Of a stretch of 64,000 bases of DNA, positions 34,367-43,229 are shown piece after piece. The notes beneath the pieces were generated by a model, which made no database searches, was not told the origin of the DNA, and was given only the letters and a program-made list of their open reading frames with translations. Positions within the stretch are counted from its first letter, which is position 1; the number at the start of each line of letters is the position of its first letter. The position numbers were made by a program, and so were the translations under genes. The stretch is from a virus: IMG/VR virus record IMGVR_UViG_3300042868_007692, positions 1 to 64,000 of that record. The stretch is one strand, 5' to 3'.

Positions 34367-35466
34367 TGGCAATACTTTGTAAAAGAATCTACAAAAAAGA
34401 TTCATCAGGAAAAATTAGATACTTAGAGATAAGTAATGATGGGCACTTTGTAGTGCAAGAATCAGGGGTAATTGGTACTAATAACCCAGTGATTAACAGA
34501 AGTGCTTGTGAAGCAAAGAATGTAGGTAAAAGCAATGCTACTACACCTGAGTCACAAGCTTTAATTGAAGCTCAAGCTAAACTTACTGAAAAGATGAGAT
34601 TAGGTTACTTCAATAGTATAGAAGAAGCTCAAGAAAAAGGAGGTAAGGATTTCTTGCTACCAATGCTAGCCAAAGACTTTAAGAAAGAAATGAAGAAAGT
34701 TTCATTTCCTTGTTATGTACAACCTAAGCTAGATGGTATGAGATCTTTAGGTTCTGAAGATGATGGGTTTATGTCAAGAACAGGAAAGGTTATAGATACT
34801 CTTGGTCATATAGTGTTGGCAGATCTTGAAGATGTGGTTTTAGATGGGGAGTTATATGCCCATGGCATTTCATTTCAGGAGAACATGAAACTAATCAAGA
34901 AATACAGACCAGGACAAACAGAACAGGTTAAGTACCATGTTTATGATATAGTTATGAATGCTCCTTTTAACCAAAGACTTGCAACTTTGCAAGAGTTGGT
35001 AGCTAAGATGAATAGTCCTCATATTGAAATAGTTCCTACTTACTTTGTACAGTCTAAATCTGAGATTGATGTATTTCATCAACAGTTTATAGCTGCAGGT
35101 TATGAGGGCACTATGGTGAGACACTCTGAAGAAGGGTATGCTGTAAACAAGAGAAGTTCTCAACTACTTAAATACAAAGATTTCTTAGATGAAACTTATG
35201 TAGTAGTTGATGTAGTCCCTTCTGAAAGCAGACCTGAGCAAGGTGTTGTAGTTTGTTCTAAGAAAATGGAACAAGCAGGAGATAATGTTTGGGTTCAAAA
35301 CTTTAACTGTGGTATGAAATTTAGCCATGCTGACAGAGAAGAAATCTTAGCCAACAAGCAGAATTACATTGGTAAAATGGCTAATATAAGATTTTTTGAA
35401 TACACAGACTCGGGGTTACCTAGATTTCCTGTATGTTATGGTTTTTATCATCCTTTGGATAGATAA
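34366..35466 (+). CDS. lig: ATP-dependent DNA ligase
   Basis: PMLAK, QPKLDGMR, LDGELY, YHVYD, EGTMVR, KRS..LLKYK, PRFP. Confidence 0.95.
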   Translation: MAILCKRIYKKDSSGKIRYLEISNDGHFVVQESGVIGTNNPVINRSACEAKNVGKSNATTPESQALIEAQAKLTEKMRLGYFNSIEEAQEKGGKDFLLPMLAKDFKKEMKKVSFPCYVQPKLDGMRSLGSEDDGFMSRTGKVIDTLGHIVLADLEDVVLDGELYAHGISFQENMKLIKKYRPGQTEQVKYHVYDIVMNAPFNQRLATLQELVAKMNSPHIEIVPTYFVQSKSEIDVFHQQFIAAGYEGTMVRHSEEGYAVNKRSSQLLKYKDFLDETYVVVDVVPSESRPEQGVVVCSKKMEQAGDNVWVQNFNCGMKFSHADREEILANKQNYIGKMANIRFFEYTDSGLPRFPVCYGFYHPLDR

Positions 35467-35524
35467 AAAGCAGAGAACAGATTTTTGTAATAATATTTTA
35501 TGTATTTTTGTATAAAATATTTTT

Positions 35525-36157
35525 ATGAAAATCGTAGAAGAGTTTAAAGTAAAAGGTAGAAAATATCTTATAGTAAAGACTGAATTTGGTTTATGTAGGA
35601 TTTACAAGCAAGATTTTAAAAGAGGAGTTGTTCCTAGTATTCAATCTGCTTTAGATAAAAGATTATATTTTGAAAGACAAGCTAAAAAAGTACATGGTAA
35701 TAAATACTCTTATGAGTTAGTTGATTACTTAGGATTTGAAAAAAAGATTAAAATTTTATGTAAAATACATGGAATATTTGAACAAACTCCTCATAATCAT
35801 TTGAAAGGTAATAATTGTACTCAATGTGCAAGAATAGCTTCTTCTAATACAAGAATAACTTATAATAATGGAGTAGGAAATGCTATTGTATATTGTCTTA
35901 GAATAAAAGACTTAGATGGAAAATATTTTTATAAGATAGGTTTTACAAAACACTCTATAAAATATAGATATTCTAGATTTTATCAGTCTAAAATGCCTTA
36001 TGAGTCTTTTGAAATTTTATGGGAAAAAGTTTATGATCAAACACAAGCTTCAATTATAGAAAATAAGTACCACAAAATTCTAGGTAAATACCATTATTTA
36101 CCTAAACTACCTTTTGCAGGTTCTAAAAGTGAATGTTTTAGAATCTTAGATAAATAA
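35525..36157 (+). CDS. Free-standing putative homing endonuclease (Zn module plus GIY-YIG/T5orf172-like domain)
   Basis: KVHGNKYSY..VDY...KIKILCKIHGIFEQTP..HL.G..CTQC, then VYCL...YKIGFT....R...E...H; own TATTTTTG element at 35503-35510. Confidence 0.75.
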   Translation: MKIVEEFKVKGRKYLIVKTEFGLCRIYKQDFKRGVVPSIQSALDKRLYFERQAKKVHGNKYSYELVDYLGFEKKIKILCKIHGIFEQTPHNHLKGNNCTQCARIASSNTRITYNNGVGNAIVYCLRIKDLDGKYFYKIGFTKHSIKYRYSRFYQSKMPYESFEILWEKVYDQTQASIIENKYHKILGKYHYLPKLPFAGSKSECFRILDK

Positions 36158-36178
36158 TTAACTTTGTAAAAAACTAAA

Positions 36179-36760
36179 ATGAGTAAAATTCAAACTATCC
36201 CTGAGTATCAGGGACTGGCAGCCAGAACCTGCCCAAATTTACCCGGAGAACATGAGAATGAAAGACACATGAATCTTGGTGTTATTACTGAAATTGGAGA
36301 AGTCCTTGACATCTTTAAGAAAAACTTAGCTTATGGTAAAGCTATTGATGTAGTTAACCTTGGAGAAGAGTTAGCAGATATCTCTTGGTACATTGTAAAC
36401 AAATGTAGATTTCAAGAAATTTCTTTAGAAGATGCTTTTAATACAGTTAAAGCTGAAGTAAAAGATTTACTAGATACTCAGATGTTTAGTGAAGAAGGAT
36501 TATCTAAAGAGCTTAAAACTAAAGCTTTAATGCACCCTTTACTTCAAGCTTATTGTGGACCTACTAATTCTATTTTTAGTGCTCCTATTGTACAATTAGC
36601 TATCTTAGCTAATATTGCAGAGTGGTTTGAATTAGACTTTTTCCAGTGCCTTACTAATAACATTGACAAGTTAAAGGTAAGATATCCTGAAAAATTTACT
36701 GAAGAAGCTGCTTTAAACAGAAATCTTGAAGCTGAAAGAACAGAATTAGAAAAAGAGTAA
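36179..36760 (+). CDS. MazG-like NTP pyrophosphohydrolase
   Basis: EIGEVLD..KK, EELADISWY, NIDKLKVRYPEKF; TAACTTTG upstream. Confidence 0.85.
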   Translation: MSKIQTIPEYQGLAARTCPNLPGEHENERHMNLGVITEIGEVLDIFKKNLAYGKAIDVVNLGEELADISWYIVNKCRFQEISLEDAFNTVKAEVKDLLDTQMFSEEGLSKELKTKALMHPLLQAYCGPTNSIFSAPIVQLAILANIAEWFELDFFQCLTNNIDKLKVRYPEKFTEEAALNRNLEAERTELEKE

Positions 36761-36810
36761 CTAAATTTGTGAGGCTTATAATGAGTCTCACAAATTTTAA
36801 TTTAATCCTT

Positions 36811-37560
36811 ATGGAAACAAATGTAATTTTCTCTAAAAAATCAGATGCAAATTTAATCAAGATTTGCCTAGTAGTAATTGGAATACTGTTATTTTTATTG
36901 TTTAGGAGTTGCAATGCAAATGGAGAACTTCAGATAAACAAGGATGCCTATAAAGCTTTAAATGATAGCTTAAAAACTTGGCAGGACAGCCAGGGGCTAT
37001 CCCACTCTGAAAAACAAATTATTGAAACTTCCAATCCTAAATCTTTTCTAGAAATACAGACTAAAGACAAGGAAATCTTAAGGTTACAAAAAGTAGTTTC
37101 TCAGTATAAAAAAGAATTAGGTAAAAAAGGTTCTATAAGTTATGTAGAAGGAGAGACTGTAATAGATACAGTTTATACTAAACCTGTAGTAGTTTATTTA
37201 GATAGGTCTTTTTATAAGGACTCTTTAAGCAATAAATGGGTAGATTGGAAATACTCAGTAAAGAGAGATACTCTTACAAATAAAGACCAAGTAGACTTTA
37301 AGTTAAAAATGCATTATGAATATGCCATTATTAATAAAGAGAAATCTAATGGATGGTTTAAGAAACCTACTCCTTATGCAGAAGTGGTTAATTATAATCC
37401 ATATTCTAAAACTTTGTCTTTAACTACCTATAGAGTTATTAATGATGTAAGACCTAAGAAAATAGGAATAGGCCCTGTATTATCTTATGGGATAGGTACA
37501 GAATTTATTCCTCAAGTTTTTGTTGGAGTTGGAGTAAGTTATAATTTAATAAGATTTTAA
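36811..37560 (+). CDS. Membrane-anchored envelope protein (candidate lysis/spanin-like)
   Basis: TM helix ending FRSC, coiled segment, C-terminal amphipathic beta-hairpin ending YNLIRF. Confidence 0.6.
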   Translation: METNVIFSKKSDANLIKICLVVIGILLFLLFRSCNANGELQINKDAYKALNDSLKTWQDSQGLSHSEKQIIETSNPKSFLEIQTKDKEILRLQKVVSQYKKELGKKGSISYVEGETVIDTVYTKPVVVYLDRSFYKDSLSNKWVDWKYSVKRDTLTNKDQVDFKLKMHYEYAIINKEKSNGWFKKPTPYAEVVNYNPYSKTLSLTTYRVINDVRPKKIGIGPVLSYGIGTEFIPQVFVGVGVSYNLIRF

Positions 37561-37561
37561 A

Positions 37562-37711
37562 ATGAGTTATAAAATTAATAAAATCCTTTGTTTTCTTTTT
37601 GGACATAAGACTAAGTATAGTGTTTTTAACAGAAGGTATAAAAAATGTACTATATGTAACACTAAATGGAATAAAGTTCAAAAGAAATGGGTCAAAATAA
37701 AAAATGAATAA
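37562..37711 (+). CDS. Small Cys/His protein (DUF1660-like, 49 aa, not in the ORF track)
   Basis: ILCFLFGHK...KCTICN. Confidence 0.6.
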   Translation: MSYKINKILCFLFGHKTKYSVFNRRYKKCTICNTKWNKVQKKWVKIKNE

Positions 37712-38018
37712 TATACCTTTATTCCCAGAATTTGTAGTAGAAAAAGAAAATGAAATCTATACTTTTAAAAGTAACTTTCATGTTCATAAAGACTTAGAAG
37801 ATACAGTTAGAGTATATCTTTACCCAGTTACAAATCAATTTATCATAAAGAATAAGACTGCAGAAAAACAAGCTTCTTTAGTACACCTTAAAGAATGTTT
37901 TAGATTAAGCAAGTACATTAATGCTGATAAATTAGACTTTATGCCTTTAGAATTTGTAATATCTTTAAATAAAGATGCTGAAGACTTCCTTGAAAAAATC
38001 CACTATCAATACCCATAG
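37704..38018 (+). CDS. Hypothetical protein
   Basis: 104 aa, last gene of the + strand block. Confidence 0.7.
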   Translation: MNNIPLFPEFVVEKENEIYTFKSNFHVHKDLEDTVRVYLYPVTNQFIIKNKTAEKQASLVHLKECFRLSKYINADKLDFMPLEFVISLNKDAEDFLEKIHYQYP

Positions 38019-38054
38019 AGTGAAGCTGAAAAGCCTCACTCTATTTTTATTTTT
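38015..38054 (+). terminator. Terminator at the convergence of the two gene blocks
   Basis: ATAGAGTGA-agctgaaaagcc-TCACTCTAT plus T runs. Confidence 0.75.
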
Positions 38055-38170
38055 ACTTAAATTTTTTAAGTTGCCCTGAACTAGGCTTTTTAGGTTTAGC
38101 TCCTAAACTTCCTTTTTCAGGTCTAACTCCTTTTTCAAGAGTTTTTTGTTTAGGTAGTTTACTTTTCATA

Positions 38171-41100
38171 CTATTCTTGTTGTTGAGCACTGTTATAAAG
38201 ACTTCTATTTGGATAAGGCATTCTAGCTGCAGCTTCTTCTTGAGAAAGGCTTTTTATGTGATCTTCAATTTCTTTTAAAACTGAAGGATTATCTTCATAT
38301 TTTTTTAAAACTTTTTGAAAATGTTTTTCCCAATATTTAATTCTACTCTCTTTATATTCTTTTCTTGCTTGTTTAGATTTTTTTAAGTCTGCTTTATAAT
38401 CAGACACATACCAAGTGTCTATTAATTCTTTTTTATCATATTCTTGTCTCATTGAATTGCCAAAACCAAAAGCATAAGGTTGTAATTCTTCATCTCCAGA
38501 ATGTAAAGCCCACTCTCCTACAATACCTGGCAAGAAAGCTTTAGCAGCAACTACTCCTATTCTATTTTTACCTTTATCTGGACCAGAACTTAAATTTGGA
38601 CCTACTGTAAAAGTTTTAATACTGGCTTCTGTTAATTTGCTTACAGTATTAAACCAACTCTCTAAAGATGCAGGATTAGTAAACAAATCCCAACTAGTGA
38701 TAGGATTAAGATACTGAATACCACTTTGAATAAGTTCTGTAGTAGTATTTTCTATATAATTAGTAAAACCTGTTTTTTCATTTTCTTTGCCAAACTTAGG
38801 ATTTAACTTAGCTTGACCTGTTTTAGGATCAATAAGGTACTGAGGTTCTTTTTCTTCATCATCTCCTGCCAAACTTTTAAATAATACCTTGATTAGTAAG
38901 ATGTAACTTAGATTAGTTATTTCATTAATGATAAATTTTAGATTTTGTTTTTCTTGTTCTGACAGATTCAATTCATCAAAAGTGTGAGCTTTTACTATAT
39001 TTTTTCCTGAAACAAGATTAACAGGTAGACCAATACCTCTTTTTAAGATAGCCTTACCTGTTGCAGCTAATTGAGCCATAGCTTGAGATTCTTCTTCAAC
39101 TGCTTTATTATGAGCATAAGCTTTCTTAATACCATAACCTACCATACCTACAGCAAAAGCAGCCCCCAAAACAGGACCAAAAGTACTACTAGCTATAAAT
39201 CCTATTGTGCCTACACCTATACCTATAGCTGTTCCTCCTGCTATTGCAGTCTTACCTTTTAAAGCTCCTGTGTAAGCACCATCAAAATCTTTAACTCCTA
39301 GATTAATATTAGTAGTGTTTTTAGCATATCTCACATAGTAATTCATAGCTGCCCAGCTTTTAAAAGTAAGCATAGATCTTCCTAAAGAACCTTTTTTAGC
39401 AAAAATAGCTGCATCTTTTCTATAATCTCCATTCATCTCTGTTAAAGCAGTGTCTATTTTATTATAGACTTGTTTACCTTGTAGAGAAGAAAAAGTTTTC
39501 CAAGTTTTTTCATTTTCTTCATTTAAAAACTCATCTTTTAAAATAAGGTTACCATCTTCAATGTTATAAGCTGGAAAACCTTGTTCTACAGTATAAATAG
39601 AACCATCTTGTAACTTAATAGTATAATCATGAGGATTAAAGATAGGTATTTCAATAGCTTCTCCTTTATCATCTAAAAGAGTTTCACTTTTTATTTTTTG
39701 GTCAGAAAGCATAGCTAACACCATTGGAGTTTGATTATGCCATTCAGTATATTCTGTTAAATAATAAGGATTTAATTTTTTAGTAGCTCCTGTAAGACCT
39801 GAACTATTTTTAGCTCTGTCTAACTCATTTGTAGCATCTTGAAGAATACCTAGCATTTCTATAAACAATCTAGTTTTTTTAATCTCTTGTTTATAAGAAT
39901 TCATTCCTGGCACTCTTCTTAATCCTTTTCTATTTATAAAAGCCATAGCTGGATATATAGCTCCTTCTGTCCAGTATTTTCCAGTATCATGTAACATAGC
40001 TGAATAAATTCCTTGAAATCTATTCATAATTTGAGCTTTAACATTCCAAGCTAATCCCTTAAAGATAGTAAGTTTACTTGCCACAGTATCATAGACAGCA
40101 GAAATAGCATAATAATGCCCAGAGTTATCTATAATATCTTGGATAACAATTTTTTCATTTATAAGAGTATTTTTAATTTCTTCTAGCTCAGCCAAAGTTT
40201 CTATGTTAACATTAGGGTCAAAATTATCAATATCTTGTTGAGTAGCATCTATTCTATTAGATAGGGAGTTTAAATATTCTTGAGCCTGTTTTATAAAATC
40301 TTTTTCTTCTACAGTATAAGTTCTACCTAATTTTCCCCAATAGTAACTTAACTCAGACATATCATCTTCTCCTCTATTTTTTACAGCTTTGTTAACCCAA
40401 TAATTCATTCTTTCTTCTGCATTAATTCTTCTGTCAGAAATATCATTGGACTTAGTTTTCTTACCAGTGTATTTAAGAACCTTAGAAGTTAAAGTAGAAC
40501 CTTGTTTTTTCTCTTTCTTAATAGTTTCATATAAATCTTTAAGAATACTAATTTTAGGTAAAGATTTTTTTTGTGCCTTATAAGTCCCTGTTGCATCTAA
40601 ATAAGCTCTCAACATTACAGGTAAGTTAAAAGTCTGTTCTTCCATTACTTGATTAGTTAATACTTCTCTTAAGGCACTTACAGGAAAATCTTTTCCAAAA
40701 GTTTGAATTAAATCATTAATAGGAACTTCTGTAATTTTTTGAATTAAATCTACTGTTTCAGAATTTAATAAAGTTAAATCTACAGTGCTATTTTCTTTTA
40801 CCCCTCTTTTTTCAGCATTAGCTATAGCAAAAAGAAGAGTCTTAAATCTTTTATTAACTGTATCTTGAATAGTCTGAACATTAGTTAAAGCTACTTTATC
40901 ACTTTCAGAAATATTTCTGACTGGTTTTGTAAACCAACTTTTTAAAACTTTAGCTGTTGATTTTTTTAAAAAGACTGCCTTGTTAGTTAAACTATTATTT
41001 TTACTTAAAAGAATATCTAAAACAGATTTCTCCATTCTTAAAATTGAGTTATGACTCAAAGGAGTATTAGAATCATTTAAAGTGTTATTCATCCACTCTG

Positions 41101-43228
41101 TAGCTTCACTAATAGTTTCCCAAAATTTTAAGAGAGTGGGGTTATTTTCAATAGTACTAAAATTTTTATCATAATAACCAGACTCTGAAATGTTAGTATC
41201 TCCTGTCAAAGTATTATAAGTTTCAACATCTTTTTTAGGTATAAAAGTATTAAATCTTAATAAAGATTGATACTGATTACCTTGAGATCCAATTTGATAG
41301 TCTACTCTACCTTGTTGTCCTGAATTATGGGCTTTAATAAACTCAAAAGGATTTCTTCTTCTAGCTCCTATATTATAACTATGTAAAACATCTAAAGGTA
41401 ATTCTGAAGGAAGGTTAACTTTATAATCTAGTAGAAGTTCATTTAAGTCTTGGTTTAAGTTGTACATATAAGTTTCTAATAAACTAGTTTGATTTTCTAC
41501 TAGTTTATTATACTCATACTCTCCTATATTTTTCTTTAGTTCTTCTCTGTAAACTTGAGATTCTGCAAGGTCAAAATACTGAGAAAATACTGCAAATTCT
41601 GGATTGTCTATTATTTCAGGTAATTTTTGAAGTTGAATAAAATCTGTTTTTTCATTTAACCAATTGTATTTTTCAACTAAGGTTTCATTGGCTTCTATAA
41701 AATTTTCTTGAGCTATAGCTGTATCTAATTTTGCAGAGTTTTTTGACATAAAAGAAGATACCTCATGAAACCATTTATGAGAAAACTTACCTATTAACCT
41801 TCCTGTCTTATTATCTTTAGAAGTTTTTTGATAAAAAAGGTCATAAGAAACTTCAGATATATGTTTACCTAAAAGAGGAAGTTTATTAAAATAAGTAATG
41901 CCAAAATTTAATTTAAGTAATTCTTCTTTTACTTTTTCTTCTATTTCAGATATAGATTGTATAAAAGTATTAGCCTCTACTCTAGAGGTAGCTTTTTTCT
42001 CTTTTAAGACATTAACTATTAATTGCCCTAATAAATCTTGGGTTGTAAAACTAAAGTCTGCAGAAAGAAGATATTTACTTAACTTATCTAAATCTTGTTG
42101 ACTTTGTTCTTTACTGGTAGAATCTATAGCTAAGATGATATCTCTAATATCTTCAGAACTGTTACCAAACATTGTTTTTAAAACGTCAGAATCTCCTATT
42201 ATTTCTAATAGATACTCTTTTTTAGCTTTCATGATAGCTCCTTCAGCATTTTGAACTACTACAGTTAATTCATCTAGTTTTTTCTTAATATCCGGGTCAA
42301 TTAAATTAGGGTCTGAGATGTCTACTAAAGTATTAGTAATATTTGTTCCAGAGTAATTAGAAATACTCTTAAAGTAATTAATATAGCTCTCTGCTAAATG
42401 GAGATTTTCTAAAGTAGGTTTCTCAATAAGACTTTGCATAAAAGCTATATCATTATTAAAAATAGACATAGTTTTACTAAAAATATCTGGGTCATTAATA
42501 AGACTATTAATATCTTTATTAAGTTTAGCTTTTAAATCAGTTAGTTCTCTAAGTTCTTGTTTAACCTCTACAGACTTATCTGTTCTAGTTTTTTGTTGAG
42601 CATCTTTTAATTTTTTTTCTGTTTCTTTTAGAATATTCTTTTTAAATTCAATTACAGAATTGTAGTTAGTAGGAGAATATACAAGACCTGAAGGCATAAA
42701 TAAAGTAAGTTGCTCTCCTTCTGCAGTGTCATCTTTTTTAATTTCTTTAATTTCTATAGGGGATACAGGACCTCTATACTTATAACTAGCATCAGCATTT
42801 CTATTAGCTATTTCTTGTTGTTGTCTTTTAAACCCTGTAACAGCTAAAGGAGATACACTATATTTGTATACATACTCTCCAGTATTTTCATTAAATAATG
42901 TAGCTTTATATTCAATTTTATGGTCAGTTTGTTTTTTATTGTACCTAATAAGAGCATAAGCTTGTTCTTTACTTAAAATGTTTCCCCTTTTAGTTGAAGG
43001 CATATTTTGTTCTAATAAAGCAGAAACTTTATTTTTAGAAATAGGTCCAATCTTAATCTCTTCAGGTAAAAAATTTACATTTTGAATTTCTTGCACAGTA
43101 GGAAATTTATCTAAACCATTAGATTCTTGCCACAAAGAAACCTTTGCAGCAAGAACTATAGGATTAATATTAGATTGTTCAGCTAAAGCTTTAAATTCTT
43201 TTGAATTTTTATTTACACAATTTGCCAT
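38171..43228 (-). CDS. Large virion cargo/ejection protein
   Basis: 1685 aa helical protein next to the virion RNAP; Gly-rich hydrophobic hairpin (GGTAIGIGVG...AVGMVGYG); only one Cys seen. Confidence 0.75.
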   Translation of the reverse strand: MANCVNKNSKEFKALAEQSNINPIVLAAKVSLWQESNGLDKFPTVQEIQNVNFLPEEIKIGPISKNKVSALLEQNMPSTKRGNILSKEQAYALIRYNKKQTDHKIEYKATLFNENTGEYVYKYSVSPLAVTGFKRQQQEIANRNADASYKYRGPVSPIEIKEIKKDDTAEGEQLTLFMPSGLVYSPTNYNSVIEFKKNILKETEKKLKDAQQKTRTDKSVEVKQELRELTDLKAKLNKDINSLINDPDIFSKTMSIFNNDIAFMQSLIEKPTLENLHLAESYINYFKSISNYSGTNITNTLVDISDPNLIDPDIKKKLDELTVVVQNAEGAIMKAKKEYLLEIIGDSDVLKTMFGNSSEDIRDIILAIDSTSKEQSQQDLDKLSKYLLSADFSFTTQDLLGQLIVNVLKEKKATSRVEANTFIQSISEIEEKVKEELLKLNFGITYFNKLPLLGKHISEVSYDLFYQKTSKDNKTGRLIGKFSHKWFHEVSSFMSKNSAKLDTAIAQENFIEANETLVEKYNWLNEKTDFIQLQKLPEIIDNPEFAVFSQYFDLAESQVYREELKKNIGEYEYNKLVENQTSLLETYMYNLNQDLNELLLDYKVNLPSELPLDVLHSYNIGARRRNPFEFIKAHNSGQQGRVDYQIGSQGNQYQSLLRFNTFIPKKDVETYNTLTGDTNISESGYYDKNFSTIENNPTLLKFWETISEATEWMNNTLNDSNTPLSHNSILRMEKSVLDILLSKNNSLTNKAVFLKKSTAKVLKSWFTKPVRNISESDKVALTNVQTIQDTVNKRFKTLLFAIANAEKRGVKENSTVDLTLLNSETVDLIQKITEVPINDLIQTFGKDFPVSALREVLTNQVMEEQTFNLPVMLRAYLDATGTYKAQKKSLPKISILKDLYETIKKEKKQGSTLTSKVLKYTGKKTKSNDISDRRINAEERMNYWVNKAVKNRGEDDMSELSYYWGKLGRTYTVEEKDFIKQAQEYLNSLSNRIDATQQDIDNFDPNVNIETLAELEEIKNTLINEKIVIQDIIDNSGHYYAISAVYDTVASKLTIFKGLAWNVKAQIMNRFQGIYSAMLHDTGKYWTEGAIYPAMAFINRKGLRRVPGMNSYKQEIKKTRLFIEMLGILQDATNELDRAKNSSGLTGATKKLNPYYLTEYTEWHNQTPMVLAMLSDQKIKSETLLDDKGEAIEIPIFNPHDYTIKLQDGSIYTVEQGFPAYNIEDGNLILKDEFLNEENEKTWKTFSSLQGKQVYNKIDTALTEMNGDYRKDAAIFAKKGSLGRSMLTFKSWAAMNYYVRYAKNTTNINLGVKDFDGAYTGALKGKTAIAGGTAIGIGVGTIGFIASSTFGPVLGAAFAVGMVGYGIKKAYAHNKAVEEESQAMAQLAATGKAILKRGIGLPVNLVSGKNIVKAHTFDELNLSEQEKQNLKFIINEITNLSYILLIKVLFKSLAGDDEEKEPQYLIDPKTGQAKLNPKFGKENEKTGFTNYIENTTTELIQSGIQYLNPITSWDLFTNPASLESWFNTVSKLTEASIKTFTVGPNLSSGPDKGKNRIGVVAAKAFLPGIVGEWALHSGDEELQPYAFGFGNSMRQEYDKKELIDTWYVSDYKADLKKSKQARKEYKESRIKYWEKHFQKVLKKYEDNPSVLKEIEDHIKSLSQEEAAARMPYPNRSLYNSAQQQE

Positions 43229-43229
43229 A

